64,000 bases of DNA from an uncultured Ectothiorhodospiraceae bacterium (GCA_964401355.1 CAYNYJ010000001.1:10535-74534), one strand, 5' to 3'. Shown: positions 1-12,826, numbered from the stretch's first letter. A program made the numbers and translations. Notes: generated by a model from the letters alone, not told the origin.

Positions 1-60
1 AGATGAATGCATGCTCTTTGCGAACCAAGATTACGAACTACGTTGTTGTGAGCTAAATCT

Positions 61-1137
61 GTGACCGCCAAACCCAAAATTGATAGTTCCCTGACCGAAT
101 TACAGATCAGCGAGCGTGCCCAGTTGCTGCTCAAGGCTCTGATCGAGCGCTATATCCGTGAAGGGCATCCCGTGGCTTCCAAGCTGCTGGCGAAGGATGC
201 ACGTCTGGACCTGAGTCCAGCGACGGTGCGCAACGTGGTGGCGGATCTTGAACACATGGGCTTGGTCTCTGCCCCGCACACCTCGGCCGGGCGGGTGCCC
301 ACAGAGCGAGGTTATCGCCTGTTTATCGACAATCTGGTGAGCATCAAACCGCTGGGTTCCCGGGATGTGCGCTCTCTGGCTGACAGTTTGAACCCGCAGA
401 TTGATACCCCTCAATTATTGGAAACGGCTTCATCGATGTTGTCGGGACTGACGCAAATGGTGGGGGTGGTGATGATGCCGTACCAGCGCCAGGCGGCATT
501 GCGGCAAATTGAATTTCTGCCCCTGTCTGAAAAAAGGGTACTGGCAATCCTCATCACCAATGAGAAAGATGTGCAAAACCGGGTGATTCACACCGACCGG
601 CAATACGCTTTGCCGGAGCTGGAACGTATCGCTAATTATCTGAATGCGCAGTTCATCGGCAAGGACATGGATACCGTGCGTCGGGATCTGCTCAAGGAAA
701 TGGAGAATGCGCAGGCCAATATGGACCAACTGATGCGAACCGCGATTGAGATGGCGCATCAGGTTTTTGAAAACGTTGGGGCCGCTGAACAGCAGGATTA
801 CGTCATGGCGGGAGAAACCAACCTCATGGCTTACGAAGAGATGGCCGACGTGTCCCGCTTGCGTCATCTGTTTGATGCCTTTAATGAAAAGCGGGCGATA
901 CTCGATTTACTGGATAAATCCTTGCAAGCGCAAGGCGTGCAGATCTTTATCGGCCAGGAATCGGGATATCAGGTGTTGGACCAGTGCAGTGTGGTGACCA
1001 CCCCGTATTCCGTCGATGACGAGGTGTTGGGCGTACTTGGCATCATCGGCCCGACGCGCATGGCCTACGATCGCATTATTCCGATGGTGGATGTCACCGC
1101 AAAATTATTGGGTGCGGTCTTGAATCAGCGGAATTAG
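61..1137 (+). CDS. hrcA: Heat-inducible transcription repressor HrcA
   Basis: 358-aa ORF with a GTG start and the HrcA N-terminal wHTH pattern (LTELQISERAQLLLKALIERYIREGHPVASKLL). It lies directly upstream of grpE-dnaK-dnaJ. Confidence 0.88.
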   Translation: MTAKPKIDSSLTELQISERAQLLLKALIERYIREGHPVASKLLAKDARLDLSPATVRNVVADLEHMGLVSAPHTSAGRVPTERGYRLFIDNLVSIKPLGSRDVRSLADSLNPQIDTPQLLETASSMLSGLTQMVGVVMMPYQRQAALRQIEFLPLSEKRVLAILITNEKDVQNRVIHTDRQYALPELERIANYLNAQFIGKDMDTVRRDLLKEMENAQANMDQLMRTAIEMAHQVFENVGAAEQQDYVMAGETNLMAYEEMADVSRLRHLFDAFNEKRAILDLLDKSLQAQGVQIFIGQESGYQVLDQCSVVTTPYSVDDEVLGVLGIIGPTRMAYDRIIPMVDVTAKLLGAVLNQRN

Positions 1138-1282
1138 TCCATATATCCGCTGTTGTTACTTTCCTGAATGTTTCTGAAGACGTCGGCCAGATTTTTGGTT
1201 GGTGCTGCGGTGTTGAGGATTTTGTTTGTGGAACACAATGAGTCAGCAAATGAGTGTAAAGAATTTTTGGAGATTTAAAAGC

Positions 1283-1984
1283 ATGGCAAATGAGGAAGAG
1301 ACCGCACCGGAATCCGAAGGTGTGCAGGAAGATGTGCAGGCAGACCTGAATGAGGAACATCCGGCTGATGCGCTCGAGGGCGTATTGGAAGCCGCATCGG
1401 AGCCAGTAGAAAACGACGCCAAGAGCATCGAAGCCAGTGACGGTGAAGACCTCGTTCTATTGCTCGAAGATGCTCGCGCCAAGGCCGATGAGCACTGGAA
1501 TGAGCTGCTGCTGGCGAAGGCGGAAACGGAAAATGTCCGGCGTCGTGCCCGGCAAGATACCGAAAATGCCCGCAAATTTGCTTTGGAAAAATTCGTCCTG
1601 GAATTGCTTCCGGTCAAGGACAGTCTGGAAATGGGCCTGGCGACGGCAAACTCTGACAATGACGCGAGCAGTGATGAGACAGTCACCCATCTCAAAGAAG
1701 GCGCCGAGCTGACGCTGAAGATGCTGGTGTCTGCCCTGGAAAAATTTGGCATTGAAGCGGTAGATCCCATCGGTGACACATTTGACCCTGCCCTGCATCA
1801 GGCCATGGCCATGCAGGAGAGTGCCGACCACAAGCCGAATACGGTGATGGCGGTCATGCAAAAAGGTTACAAGCTCAATGATCGCCTGATTCGTCCCGCC
1901 ATGGTGGTGGTGTCCAAGGCGGTCATCGAGAGCGATGCAGGCGCTGCGACGGGTGATGTGAGCCATATTGATGAACAGGCGTAA
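1283..1984 (+). CDS. grpE: Nucleotide exchange factor GrpE
   Basis: GrpE-like coiled-coil N-terminus and C-terminal beta domain (KFALEKFVLELLPVKDSLE...PNTVMAVMQKGYKLNDRLIRPAMVVV). The internal ATG at 1283 is the chosen start; the ORF track extends to 1226. Confidence 0.88.
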   Translation: MANEEETAPESEGVQEDVQADLNEEHPADALEGVLEAASEPVENDAKSIEASDGEDLVLLLEDARAKADEHWNELLLAKAETENVRRRARQDTENARKFALEKFVLELLPVKDSLEMGLATANSDNDASSDETVTHLKEGAELTLKMLVSALEKFGIEAVDPIGDTFDPALHQAMAMQESADHKPNTVMAVMQKGYKLNDRLIRPAMVVVSKAVIESDAGAATGDVSHIDEQA

Positions 1985-2004
1985 CCGGTCTGGCAATAAA
2001 AAGG

Positions 2005-2031
2005 CTTGAAATAAGGTTATTTGCCCCTATT
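2005..2031 (+). promoter_or_regulatory. Putative sigma32 heat-shock promoter for dnaK
   Basis: CTTGAAA-N12-CCCCTATT matches the sigma32 consensus CTTGAAA-N13-15-CCCCATNT. It sits about 110 nt upstream of the dnaK ATG. Confidence 0.5.
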
Positions 2032-2142
2032 TATTAGACAAGCTGAAAAAGGCGGTACGCAAACAGGTAAGCGTAGCAGCCCGAAACACCCAATATTAAC
2101 TGATTATTGAACTCTTTAAATGAAGAGCGGAGAACGAAAGCC

Positions 2143-4074
2143 ATGGGCAAGATTATCGGCATTGACTTGGGAACGACGAATTCATGCGTTTCCGTGATGG
2201 AAGGCGGCGAGGCCCGCGTGATTGAAAACGCAGAGGGTGATCGCACGACGCCATCCGTTGTCGCCTTTACCGACGACGGCGAAGTCATCGTCGGTGCGCC
2301 GGCCAAACGTCAGGCCGTGACCAATCCCACCAACACCATTTACGCGGTCAAGCGTTTGATCGGTCGCCGTTTTAAGGACAAAGAAGTCCAGAAAGACATC
2401 GACCTTGTGCCGTACAAGATTGTTGCTGCCGACAATGGCGATGCCTGGGTTGAGGCTAATGGCAAAAAGATGGCCGCGCCGGAAGTCTCTGCGCGTATTT
2501 TGCAGAAGATGAAAAAGACCGCCGAGGATTATTTAGGCGAAGAAGTCACTGAAGCGGTGATTACCGTACCGGCCTATTTCAACGATGCACAGCGCCAGGC
2601 GACCAAAGATGCCGGTAAGATCGCAGGCCTGGAAGTCAAACGTATCATCAATGAACCGACGGCAGCGGCACTGGCTTTCGGCATGGACAAGAAAGAAGGG
2701 GACCGCAAGGTTGCTGTTTATGATCTGGGCGGTGGCACTTTTGACGTGTCGATTATTGAAATCGCTGAAATCGATGATGAGCATCAGATTGAGGTGTTGT
2801 CGACCAATGGTGACACTTTCCTCGGCGGTGAAGATTTTGACCAGCGTTTGATTGATTATTTGATCGATGAATTTAAAAAAGACCAGGGCGTGGATTTGCG
2901 CAATGACCCGTTGGCGCTGCAACGTCTCAAAGAGGGTGCAGAAAAAGCCAAGATCGAGTTGTCTTCGACCCAGCAGACGGACATTAACCTGCCTTACATT
3001 ACTGCCGATGCCAGTGGGCCCAAGCACCTGAACATCAAGCTGACTCGCGCCAAGCTGGAATCCTTGGTGGAAGAACTGATTGAACGTACTATCGCGCCTT
3101 GCCGTACCGCCCTGAGTGATGCCGGTCTCGGTGCACAGGACATCGACGACGTGATTCTGGTCGGCGGTCAGAGCCGTATGCCCAAAGTGCAAGAGACGGT
3201 AGAGTCCTTCTTCGGCAAGGCACCGCGTAAAGACGTGAACCCGGATGAGGCCGTGGCCGTGGGCGCAGCGATTCAAGGTGGGGTGTTGGGCGGCGAAGTG
3301 ACTGATGTGCTGTTGTTGGACGTGACCCCGCTGAGCCTCGGTATCGAGACTATGGGTGGCGTGATGACCAAACTCATCGACAAAAATACCACCATCCCCA
3401 CCAAGGCACAGCAGGTGTTTTCCACCGCCGAAGATAATCAGACCGCGGTGACCGTGCATGTGTTGCAGGGGGAGCGTGAGGTGGCAACGGGCAACAAATC
3501 ACTGGGTCGGTTTGATCTGGCCGATATTCCCCCGGCATCGCGCGGTGTGCCGCAAATCGAGGTGGGCTTTGATATTGATGCCAACGGCATTCTGAATGTA
3601 TCGGCGAAAGACAAGGCCACCGGTAAAGAACAATCCATCATCATCAAGGCATCGAGTGGTTTGTCTGATGACGAAATCAACAAAATGGTACAAGACGCCG
3701 AAGCGCATGCTGTGGAAGATGCCAAATTCCACGAATTGGTTGCGGTTCGAAACCAGGCCGATAATATGATTCACGCCACCAAAAAATCCATGGACGAAAT
3801 GGGTGATGACAAGCTAGAAGACGGCGAAAAAGAAAGTATTACTGCTGCGATTACCGCCCTTGAAGAAGCTATGAAGGGTGACAACAAGGATGATATTGAA
3901 GCCAAAACCAAAACCTTGGTGGAAGCTTCCGGTAAAATGGCGGAGCGTGCTTATTCACAACAGAGCGGAGCTGATTCAGCTGCCACGGCAGATGCCGGTG
4001 GTGAGGCGAATACCCGCAACGATGATATCGTTGATGCCGAGTTTGAAGAGGTCAAGGACGACAGTAAGAAATAG
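2143..4074 (+). CDS. dnaK: Molecular chaperone DnaK (Hsp70)
   Basis: Hsp70 signatures are unmistakable: [40 protein letters not shown]. The ATG at 2143 fits the canonical N-terminus. Confidence 0.97.
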   Translation: MGKIIGIDLGTTNSCVSVMEGGEARVIENAEGDRTTPSVVAFTDDGEVIVGAPAKRQAVTNPTNTIYAVKRLIGRRFKDKEVQKDIDLVPYKIVAADNGDAWVEANGKKMAAPEVSARILQKMKKTAEDYLGEEVTEAVITVPAYFNDAQRQATKDAGKIAGLEVKRIINEPTAAALAFGMDKKEGDRKVAVYDLGGGTFDVSIIEIAEIDDEHQIEVLSTNGDTFLGGEDFDQRLIDYLIDEFKKDQGVDLRNDPLALQRLKEGAEKAKIELSSTQQTDINLPYITADASGPKHLNIKLTRAKLESLVEELIERTIAPCRTALSDAGLGAQDIDDVILVGGQSRMPKVQETVESFFGKAPRKDVNPDEAVAVGAAIQGGVLGGEVTDVLLLDVTPLSLGIETMGGVMTKLIDKNTTIPTKAQQVFSTAEDNQTAVTVHVLQGEREVATGNKSLGRFDLADIPPASRGVPQIEVGFDIDANGILNVSAKDKATGKEQSIIIKASSGLSDDEINKMVQDAEAHAVEDAKFHELVAVRNQADNMIHATKKSMDEMGDDKLEDGEKESITAAITALEEAMKGDNKDDIEAKTKTLVEASGKMAERAYSQQSGADSAATADAGGEANTRNDDIVDAEFEEVKDDSKK

Positions 4075-4133
4075 GCGTGAGCCCGGCGGCGCTGGATGGG
4101 CGCTGTGAGTTGGTCTACAGGTAGGATGCTAAA

Positions 4134-4166
4134 GAACGCGGTAGTTGGATTTTCCAACTGCCGCGT
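4134..4166 (+). promoter_or_regulatory. Stable hairpin in the dnaK-dnaJ intergenic region (attenuator/processing-like)
   Basis: AACGCGGTAGTTGG-ATTTT-CCAACTGCCGCGTT is a 14-bp stem with one G-U pair. No U-tract follows it. Confidence 0.4.
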
Positions 4167-4251
4167 TTCCGCAGTCTGGGTAACAACATTTAAACCTGGG
4201 TAAGGGTTGATGTTGATTCTATAAATAAGCTGTAAGCAATTGAATGTAAAT

Positions 4252-5376
4252 ATGTCTAAGCGCGATTATTACGAAATTCTGGGTGTGAATAAAAACGCCA
4301 GCGACGCCGAGTTAAAGAAGGCCTTTAAACGTCTGGCGATGAAATATCACCCGGATCGCAACCCGGACGACAAGAGTGCGGAAGAGAAATTCAAGGAGGC
4401 CAAAGAGGCTTACGAGATTCTCGATAACCCACAAAAACGTGCCGCCTATGATCAATTTGGCCACGCCGGTGTGGAGCAGAGTGGTGGTGGTCATCCAGGC
4501 GGTGGCGCGAGCTTCAGCGATATTTTTGGTGACGTGTTTGGTGATATTTTCACCGGCAGTGGCGGTGGCCAGCAGCGTGCGCGACGCGGGGCCGATCTGC
4601 GTTACAACCTGGATCTGAGTTTGGAAGATGCGGTGCGGGGTAGCACCGTAAAAATACGCGTTCCTTCTTCAATGCTGTGTTCCACCTGCGGTGGCAGTGG
4701 TGCCAAAAAAGGCTCGAAGCCCCAACAATGCACGACCTGCGGTGGGGTGGGTCAGGTACGCATGCAACAGGGTTTTTTCTCGTTGCAGCAAACCTGCCCG
4801 AGTTGCCACGGCAACGGCCAGATCATTAAAGATCCCTGTGGTGCCTGTCATGGACAGGGCCGGATCCAGGAACACAAAACCTTGTCGGTGAAAGTGCCTG
4901 CTGGGGTGGACAATGGCGATCGCATCCGTCTCAGTGGTGAGGGTGAAGCGGGTGACCGCGGCGCGCCCAGCGGCGATTTGTACGTGCAAATCACGGTGAA
5001 AGAGCATCCTCTTTTTGCTCGTGAAGATAACAATCTTTACTGCGAGGTGCCCATCAGTTTTGTCACGGCGACCTTGGGCGGTATCTTGGAGGTGCCGACT
5101 CTGGATGGTCGGGTGAAACTCACTATTCCGGCCGAGACGCAAACGGCCAAGATGTTCAAGTTGCGCGGCAAGGGTGTTAAATCCGTGCGTGGCGGCCCGG
5201 TGGGCGACTTGTTCTGCCGCATCTCGGTGGAGACTCCGGTTAATTTGAACAGCCAGCAAAAAGAACTGTTGCGGTCGTTTGAAGAAGCCATGTCGGGTGG
5301 TGGCAAGAAACACAGTCCCAAGGAAAATTCCTGGCTGGATGGGGTCAAAAGCTTCATCGAGGGTATTAAGCTGTAA
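4252..5376 (+). CDS. dnaJ: Chaperone DnaJ (Hsp40)
   Basis: J domain (DYYEILGV...KYHPDRN), a G/F-rich region and four CxxCxGxG zinc-finger repeats. Confidence 0.95.
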   Translation: MSKRDYYEILGVNKNASDAELKKAFKRLAMKYHPDRNPDDKSAEEKFKEAKEAYEILDNPQKRAAYDQFGHAGVEQSGGGHPGGGASFSDIFGDVFGDIFTGSGGGQQRARRGADLRYNLDLSLEDAVRGSTVKIRVPSSMLCSTCGGSGAKKGSKPQQCTTCGGVGQVRMQQGFFSLQQTCPSCHGNGQIIKDPCGACHGQGRIQEHKTLSVKVPAGVDNGDRIRLSGEGEAGDRGAPSGDLYVQITVKEHPLFAREDNNLYCEVPISFVTATLGGILEVPTLDGRVKLTIPAETQTAKMFKLRGKGVKSVRGGPVGDLFCRISVETPVNLNSQQKELLRSFEEAMSGGGKKHSPKENSWLDGVKSFIEGIKL

Positions 5377-5520
5377 TCATTATTCGGAGTGATTTCTCCC
5401 GCTCGGTGTAGGGTGTACCTATTGGGCATAAAGGCCGGTTTTATGTCCGTGCGTGAACTCGCATCTCCTGTGTGGCAGACAGACATCGCGATTCAACGGA
5501 GCCGGCACGAGGAAATTAAC

Positions 5521-6021
5521 GTGAAGATTCGATTGCTGGCATGGCCGCTTTCAAGTTCGATCGGTTGGGCTTTTGTCCCCATGCTGCTGGTGCTGGCTTT
5601 GGTGAGTCCGGGGCTGTTGGCTGCCGAACAGGAAGAAAAACTGCGTTTCCCGGGCGATCCCACTGAACACAAGCTGGTGTATCAGTTTAATCAGGCCGAC
5701 GAAGCCTACCAAATGGCGGTGCTGTTTTCGGTGGGCGCGATGGTCCGTAAATGGGGCGATAATATTTCTATCGTGGTGGTGGGCATTGGCCCCGGGATTC
5801 ACATTCTGGGTAAGAATCCAGAGCGACCGGTGAGTAACGAGATCAAACAGCGGGTATCGAGCCTGAGCCAGTACGGTGTTGAATTTTATGCCTGTGGTAA
5901 CACCATGAAGGCGCTGCGCTGGGAAGAAAAAAATTTGCTGCCTTTTGTGAGCGTTGTTGAGGTCGGTGCCTCAGCCTTGATGGAGTTACAGGAACAAGGG
6001 TACTCGTACATTAGCTGGTAG
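5521..6021 (+). CDS. Secreted DsrE/DsrF/YchN-fold family protein (putative sulfur-relay-like), function unknown
   Basis: GTG at 5521 is preceded by GAGGAA. The N-terminal signal peptide is MLLVLALVSPGLLAAEQ. The core (IVVVGIGPGIHIL...VEFYACGNTMKA) resembles the DsrE/TusD/YchN fold with a single conserved Cys. The family assignment is by eye only. Confidence 0.4.
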   Translation: MKIRLLAWPLSSSIGWAFVPMLLVLALVSPGLLAAEQEEKLRFPGDPTEHKLVYQFNQADEAYQMAVLFSVGAMVRKWGDNISIVVVGIGPGIHILGKNPERPVSNEIKQRVSSLSQYGVEFYACGNTMKALRWEEKNLLPFVSVVEVGASALMELQEQGYSYISW

Positions 6022-6039
6022 ACGGCAGAGTAAAAATAA

Positions 6040-6915
<876 letters not shown>

Positions 6916-7003
6916 ACAGGTGGGAACTCGTTACAGTAAAATTACTGCACCGGGTTGAGCCGTGTGAAGACGGGCGCGATGATGATTCGGGACTACATTT
7001 TTG

Positions 7004-7038
7004 AGCGGGAGGGCGAGTCTTCGTCCCTCCCGCTTTGT
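7004..7038 (+). terminator. Rho-independent terminator after dapB
   Basis: AGCGGGAGGG-CGAGTCTTCGT-CCCTCCCGCT followed by TTGTG. Confidence 0.65.
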
Positions 7039-7143
7039 GCATCTACAGTATTTGCAAGGCTGCTTTATCGACGACGCAGCTCTTGTCACAACGAAACAGC
7101 TAACGTGAATTTTCACGAGACTCGTAGTACTTAGGAGAACGGC

Positions 7144-8289
7144 TTGCGAAAACCGGCATTACTGGCTTTAGCGGATGGCACACTCTTTTGGGGTGAGTCG
7201 ATTGGCGTTGACGGGCAGACCGTTGGCGAGGTGGTATTCAATACCGCGATTACCGGCTATCAAGAAATTTTGACCGATCCCTCCTACCGGCAGCAAATTG
7301 TTACGCTGACTTACCCACACATCGGCAATGTGGGCACCAATAGTGAAGATGCAGAATCTACCGCGATTCATGCCAGTGGTCTGGTGATTCGCAATCTGCC
7401 GCTGCTGGCCAGCAGTTGGCGCAGTGAGTCCAGCCTTGATGATTACCTCATGGCGAATAACGTTGTTGCCATTGCTGACATCGACACCCGCCAGTTGACC
7501 CGCATATTGCGTGCGAAGGGTGCGCAGTCGGGTTGCATTGTGGCGGGGGACAATATTGACGAGCAGGCCGCGATTTCCGCCGCACGGGATTTTCCGGGGT
7601 TGCAAGGCATGGATCTCGCCAAAGAGGTGACGACTCAAAAGGCTTATTCGTGGACGCAAGGCTGCTGGACGTTGGAGGATGGTCTACCCGAGCCCAGCGA
7701 CGATCTGCTCCATCATGTGGTGGCTTATGACTATGGCGTCAAAACCAACATCCTGCGCATGTTGGTTGAGCGCGGTTGCCGCCTCACCGTCGTGCCAGCG
7801 CAAACCCCCGCCTCCGAGGTGCTGGCGATGAACCCCGACGGCGTGTTTCTGTCCAATGGCCCGGGTGACCCCGAGCCCTGTGACTATGCCCTGACGGCCA
7901 TCAAAGAAATTGTCGATAGCGGGATACCGGTGTTTGGGATTTGTCTTGGTCATCAGCTGTTGTCGCTAGCCAGCGGCGCCAAAACCCTGAAAATGAAATT
8001 TGGCCATCACGGCGCTAATCATCCGGTGCAGGATTTGAAAACGGGTGTAGTGATGATTACCAGTCAAAACCACGGTTTTGCGGTGGATGAGGATTCTCTG
8101 CCGGATACCCTGCAAGCGACCCATCGTTCGTTGTTCGATAAATCCTTGCAAGGCGTGCAGCGTACCGATAAACCCGCGTTCAGTTTTCAGGGGCATCCCG
8201 AAGCCAGCCCAGGGCCGCATGACGTGGCACCCTTGTTTGATCAATTCGTTGAATCGGTCAAACAGTATCAAGTAACGAGGGACGAGTAA
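7144..8289 (+). CDS. carA: Carbamoyl-phosphate synthase small subunit CarA
   Basis: The N-terminus aligns with CarA ([17 protein letters not shown]...[12 protein letters not shown]) and the GATase catalytic motif GICLGHQLL is present. Initiation at TTG 7144 with AGGAGA 7 nt upstream is inferred from the N-terminal alignment. Confidence 0.9.
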   Translation: MRKPALLALADGTLFWGESIGVDGQTVGEVVFNTAITGYQEILTDPSYRQQIVTLTYPHIGNVGTNSEDAESTAIHASGLVIRNLPLLASSWRSESSLDDYLMANNVVAIADIDTRQLTRILRAKGAQSGCIVAGDNIDEQAAISAARDFPGLQGMDLAKEVTTQKAYSWTQGCWTLEDGLPEPSDDLLHHVVAYDYGVKTNILRMLVERGCRLTVVPAQTPASEVLAMNPDGVFLSNGPGDPEPCDYALTAIKEIVDSGIPVFGICLGHQLLSLASGAKTLKMKFGHHGANHPVQDLKTGVVMITSQNHGFAVDEDSLPDTLQATHRSLFDKSLQGVQRTDKPAFSFQGHPEASPGPHDVAPLFDQFVESVKQYQVTRDE

Positions 8290-8335
8290 CGAAGAAAAGC
8301 TCTTTCCTCGTTCCTAGCAACCAGACACTGAATTC

Positions 8336-11300
8336 ATGCCAAAACGTACCGATATAAAAAGCATCCTCATCATTGGCGCCGGCCCCATCGTTATCGGTCA
8401 GGCCTGTGAATTTGATTACTCCGGCGCTCAGGCCTGCAAGGCACTGAGGGAAGAGGGTTATCGCGTTATTCTGGTGAATTCCAACCCGGCGACGATCATG
8501 ACCGACCCTGAGATGGCCGATGCGACCTACATCGAGCCTATTACCTGGAAGACGCTGGCCAATATTATTGAGTGTGAGCGCCCCGATGCACTGCTGCCCA
8601 CCATGGGCGGACAGACGGCACTGAATTGTGCGCTGGATCTGGATCGCGAAGGGGTACTGGAAAAATACAATGTCGAGATGATCGGTGCGAAACGGGATGC
8701 CATCGATAAGGCCGAAGATCGCGATCGCTTCAAAAAGGCGATGGAGAAAATTGGCCTGGATATGCCGACGGCGGCGGTGGCTCACAGTCTTGAAGAAGCC
8801 TGGCAGGTGCAGGCGCGCGTGGGTTATCCCACGGTAATCCGTCCCTCGTTCACCATGGGCGGCAGTGGTGGCGGCATCGCTTACAACAAAGAAGAGTTTG
8901 TTGAAATTTGCGAGCGCGGGCTCGATCTTTCTCCCACCAATGAGTTGTTAGTGGAAGAATCTATTCTCGGTTGGAAAGAATATGAAATGGAGGTGGTGCG
9001 TGACTGCAAGGATAATTGCATCATCATTTGTTCCATCGAAAATTTTGATCCCATGGGCATTCACACCGGTGATTCCATCACCGTCGCGCCAGCGCAAACC
9101 CTCACCGACAAAGAATATCAGATCATGCGCAACGCTTCGTTAATGGTGCTGCGTGAGATCGGCGTCGATACTGGCGGCTCTAACGTGCAATTTGCCATCG
9201 ATCCCAAAGATGGCCGCATGATCATTATCGAAATGAATCCGCGGGTGTCGCGTTCCTCGGCCTTGGCTTCGAAGGCCACCGGTTTTCCCATCGCCAAAAT
9301 TGCCGCCAAACTGGCGGTGGGTTACACCCTGGACGAATTGCAAAACGATATTACCGGCGGTGCAACACCGGCCTCGTTTGAGCCGACTATCGATTATGTC
9401 GTCACTAAAATTCCGCGTTTCACCTTTGAGAAATTCCCCAAGGCTGATTCGCGACTCACCACCCAGATGAAATCCGTGGGTGAAGTGATGGCCATTGGCC
9501 GGACTTTTCAGGAGTCTTTGCAAAAGGCCTTGCGTGGTTTGGAAACCGGTGTTTCCGGTTTCGATTCGATTCTCGATTTTGACGATGACGGTGCGACGGA
9601 TAAGTTGCGCCACGAATTGCGCACTCCGGGCCCGGATCGTTTGTGGTACGTGGGTGATGCCTTCCGTGCCGGGCTATCGATGGTAGAGGTGTTTGATCTC
9701 ACTAAAATTGATCCGTGGTTTCTGGTGCAGATTGAAGAGATTATCAGCCTCGAAGGCGAAGTGGCCGAGCAGGGTCTAGCCGCGCTGGACAAAGCACGTA
9801 TGTTTGCGCTCAAACGCAAAGGCTTTTCCGATAGTCGCTTATCCACATTGTTGTCCATGCCTGAAAATGATTTTCGCGCGCATCGTCATGCGCTGGGGAT
9901 TCGTCCTGTTTATAAACGCGTAGATACCTGTGCTGCGGAATTTTCCACCGACACCGCCTACCTGTATTCAACCTATGAGCAGGAGTGTGAGGCCAAGCCC
10001 ACCGACCGGGAAAAAATTATCGTGCTTGGCGGTGGCCCCAACCGCATTGGTCAAGGTATCGAGTTTGATTACTGCTGCGTGCATGCGGCCCTGGCCCTGC
10101 GTGAAGACGGTTATGAAACCATCATGATCAACTGTAACCCCGAAACGGTATCCACGGATTATGACACCTCGGATCGGCTCTACTTTGAATCACTGACTCT
10201 GGAAGACGTATTGGAAGTGGTCGCCCTGGAAAAACCCATGGGCGTGATTGTCCAGTACGGCGGGCAAACGCCTTTGAAGCTGGCGCGTGAACTGGAAGCC
10301 GCAGGTGTACCGATTATCGGCACCTCACCCGACGCCATTGATTTGGCGGAAGACCGCGAGCGTTTTCAGAAAATCATCCAGAAGTTGGGACTTAAGCAGC
10401 CACCCAATCATACTGCCCGTGATTCGGAGCAGGCGGTGACATTAGCGGCAGATATCGGCTATCCACTCGTGGTTAGACCGTCGTACGTGCTCGGCGGCCG
10501 CGCCATGGAAATCGTTTTCAACGAAACCGAGTTACGCCGTTACATGCGCGAGGCGGTGAAAGTCTCCAATGATTCGCCAGTGCTGCTGGATCGATTCCTG
10601 GATGATGCCATTGAAGTGGATGTCGATGCCATTTGCGATGGCAAACAGGTGTTGGTAGGCGGTATCATGCAACACATCGAACAAGCCGGTGTGCATTCCG
10701 GTGACTCGGCCTGTTCGTTGCCACCGTACAGTTTATCGGATGATATTCAAAAACGTATGCGCGAAATGGCTCGCGAACTGGCATTGGGCCTCAATGTTGT
10801 GGGTTTGATGAATGCGCAGTTTGCGGTCAAGGGCGATGATATTTATGTGATCGAAGTGAACCCGCGGGGTTCGCGCACGGTGCCGTTTGTCTCTAAGGCC
10901 ACCAGTTTGCCGTTGGCCAAAATCGCGGCGCGTTGCATGGCAGGCAAAAGTCTGGCGGAACAAGGCATCACTGAAGAAATTATTCCCGAATATTTTTCGG
11001 TGAAAGAGGCGGTGTTCCCGTTTGTGAAGTTCCCGGGTATTGATCCTATTCTCGGCCCGGAGATGAAATCCACTGGTGAGGTAATGGGCGTGGGCCGGGA
11101 TTTTGCGGAAGCCTTTGCCAAGGCGCTGCTGGGTGCCGGAGTGAATCTGCCCTCCGGTGGGCAGGCTTTTGTGAGCGTGCGTGATGCCGACAAGGCTGGC
11201 GTCATTACGGTTGCCCAACGGCTCCTAAATCTGGGGTTTCGGCTGATTGCAACTCGCGGTACGGCCCTGGCGTTACAGGATGGTGGCGTTGAATGTTCGA

Positions 11301-11557
11301 TTGTTGATAAAGTGGGAGAGGGTCGTCCACACATTGTTGATATTATCAAAAATGGTGAGATCAGCCTGATTGTCAACACCACGGAAGGCACGCAGGCGAT
11401 TGCCGATTCAGGCACGATTCGCAGCAATGCTTTACAGCACAAAGTGACGTATTCAACGACCTTGGCGGGTGCCGAGGCCATGTGTTCGGCGATGGAGCTG
11501 GGTGAAAGTTCGGTTGTTAATCGATTACAGGATTTACATCAGGAGATAGGGCAATGA
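8336..11557 (+). CDS. carB: Carbamoyl-phosphate synthase large subunit CarB
   Basis: 1073 aa with duplicated ATP-grasp halves and a C-terminal MGS-like domain. The N-terminus [22 protein letters not shown] is typical of CarB. Confidence 0.96.
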   Translation: MPKRTDIKSILIIGAGPIVIGQACEFDYSGAQACKALREEGYRVILVNSNPATIMTDPEMADATYIEPITWKTLANIIECERPDALLPTMGGQTALNCALDLDREGVLEKYNVEMIGAKRDAIDKAEDRDRFKKAMEKIGLDMPTAAVAHSLEEAWQVQARVGYPTVIRPSFTMGGSGGGIAYNKEEFVEICERGLDLSPTNELLVEESILGWKEYEMEVVRDCKDNCIIICSIENFDPMGIHTGDSITVAPAQTLTDKEYQIMRNASLMVLREIGVDTGGSNVQFAIDPKDGRMIIIEMNPRVSRSSALASKATGFPIAKIAAKLAVGYTLDELQNDITGGATPASFEPTIDYVVTKIPRFTFEKFPKADSRLTTQMKSVGEVMAIGRTFQESLQKALRGLETGVSGFDSILDFDDDGATDKLRHELRTPGPDRLWYVGDAFRAGLSMVEVFDLTKIDPWFLVQIEEIISLEGEVAEQGLAALDKARMFALKRKGFSDSRLSTLLSMPENDFRAHRHALGIRPVYKRVDTCAAEFSTDTAYLYSTYEQECEAKPTDREKIIVLGGGPNRIGQGIEFDYCCVHAALALREDGYETIMINCNPETVSTDYDTSDRLYFESLTLEDVLEVVALEKPMGVIVQYGGQTPLKLARELEAAGVPIIGTSPDAIDLAEDRERFQKIIQKLGLKQPPNHTARDSEQAVTLAADIGYPLVVRPSYVLGGRAMEIVFNETELRRYMREAVKVSNDSPVLLDRFLDDAIEVDVDAICDGKQVLVGGIMQHIEQAGVHSGDSACSLPPYSLSDDIQKRMREMARELALGLNVVGLMNAQFAVKGDDIYVIEVNPRGSRTVPFVSKATSLPLAKIAARCMAGKSLAEQGITEEIIPEYFSVKEAVFPFVKFPGIDPILGPEMKSTGEVMGVGRDFAEAFAKALLGAGVNLPSGGQAFVSVRDADKAGVITVAQRLLNLGFRLIATRGTALALQDGGVECSIVDKVGEGRPHIVDIIKNGEISLIVNTTEGTQAIADSGTIRSNALQHKVTYSTTLAGAEAMCSAMELGESSVVNRLQDLHQEIGQ

Positions 11558-12033
11558 CGGGCAAGGTACCTTTAACCGCACAAGGGGCAGAAAAACTTCG
11601 CGAGGAATTACGTGAATTGAAAAATGTGACACGGCCACGCATCATCACTGCAATTGCTACGGCACGTGAACATGGCGACCTCAAGGAAAATGCCGAATAC
11701 CACGCAGCGCGTGAGCAGCAGAGTTTTACGGAAGGGCGTATTGCGGATCTCAATAGTAAGCTGGGTAATGCGCAAATTATTAATATCACCGAAATTACGC
11801 CAACCGGCAAGGTTATTTTTGGTGTGACCGTCGATTTGATCGAAGAAGAGACGGGCAACGAAGTGACTTATCAGATTGTCGGCGTTGATGAGGCGGATCT
11901 GAAAGTGGGCAAGATTTCGGTAACTTCTCCCATCGCACGGGCCTTAATCGGCAAAGAGGAAGGTGATGTGGCCGAAGTGCAGGCACCCGGCGGCATTAAA
12001 GAATACGAAATTTTAGATGTGAGGCATATTTAG
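11554..12033 (+). CDS. greA: Transcription elongation factor GreA
   Basis: Close to E. coli GreA ([13 protein letters not shown]...[18 protein letters not shown]). Its start overlaps the carB stop. Confidence 0.9.
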   Translation: MTGKVPLTAQGAEKLREELRELKNVTRPRIITAIATAREHGDLKENAEYHAAREQQSFTEGRIADLNSKLGNAQIINITEITPTGKVIFGVTVDLIEEETGNEVTYQIVGVDEADLKVGKISVTSPIARALIGKEEGDVAEVQAPGGIKEYEILDVRHI

Positions 12034-12035
12034 AG

Positions 12036-12524
12036 ATGTTGGGTATTTCACGGTCGTGTTGGTGGGCAGGTGCGGAACGCAGTGTATTGGCATTGTGGGT
12101 GGGTGGTCTTTGGGTCGCAGGTTATGTGGTGGCCCCCAGCCTGTTTGTGACACTGGATGATCGTCAGCTTGCCGGTCAACTGGCGGGGCAGATTTTTCGA
12201 TTGATGAGTTATATCGGCCTGATTGCTGGCAGTTTGTTATTGCTGTCGGTGTTGGTGCGTGCCGCAGAAAACTGGACGCGTGAGTGGCGCGTCTGGGTGT
12301 TGGTGAGCATGTTGGTGCTGGTGGCTCTCGGTGCGTTTGTTATACAACCGATGATGGTGGAGCTTAAAATGGGTGGCATCGTTCCCGGCAGTGAGCAGGC
12401 TGCGACTTTCCGGCGAATGCACGGTATTTCGTCGATTCTGTTTATGATTACCAGTATGCTGGGCCTAGTTCTGGTTGCGGTTGGTCTGCGTAATACCTGC
12501 GCAGCATCTGCGCAACAACAGTAG
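12036..12524 (+). CDS. DUF4149-like integral membrane protein (conserved greA-downstream hypothetical)
   Basis: Four predicted TM helices. It occupies the PA4754-like position between greA and yhbY. Confidence 0.5.
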   Translation: MLGISRSCWWAGAERSVLALWVGGLWVAGYVVAPSLFVTLDDRQLAGQLAGQIFRLMSYIGLIAGSLLLLSVLVRAAENWTREWRVWVLVSMLVLVALGAFVIQPMMVELKMGGIVPGSEQAATFRRMHGISSILFMITSMLGLVLVAVGLRNTCAASAQQQ

Positions 12525-12533
12525 CCGCCAAGT

Positions 12534-12826
12534 TTAACGGGGCAGCTTGATCTTCGGGTATTCGCCGCGGCGATACAGGACGGCGATGTGGCCGATGGTA
12601 GTGACCAGCTCGCTGTTCGATTGTTTGCACAGGTCTTCCGCCATTTTCAGACGTTCGCTGCGGTCCTGCCCACTAATGCGAACCTTGAGCAGTTCATGAT
12701 GAGCCAGTCGCTCCGTCAGCTCAGTGAGCACACCTTCGGTGATGCCGCTATTACCAATCATGACGATCGGCTTGAGACTGTGGGCGAGGCCGCGTAGGTG
12801 GCGTTTTTGTTTAGATGTCAATAACA
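12534..12826 (-). CDS. yhbY: Ribosome assembly RNA-binding protein YhbY (CRS1/YhbY domain)
   Basis: MLLTSKQKRHLRGLAHSLKPIVMIGNSGITEGVLTEL... matches YhbY (about 97 aa). The internal ATG is the chosen start; the ORF track over-extends upstream. Confidence 0.8.

Noticed and set aside
1-60. CIRCE operator (TTAGCACTC-N9-GAGTGCTAA) upstream of hrcA
   Set aside because: Only a weak GAGCTAA fragment is present. The element, if any, lies outside the window.
2533-3459. 308-aa minus-strand ORF inside dnaK, with similar antisense ORFs inside carB (9140-9613, 10843-11481), ftsH, glmM, the nuo genes and hrpA
   Set aside because: They are fully embedded antisense to strongly supported conserved genes. 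Their proteins are low-complexity and Arg/His-rich with no motifs. These are typical shadow ORFs.
5389-5520. Longer N-terminal extension (ATG 5389 or 5443) of the DsrE-like gene
   Set aside because: No RBS at either ATG. The GTG at 5521 has GAGGAA at the proper distance and yields a canonical signal peptide.
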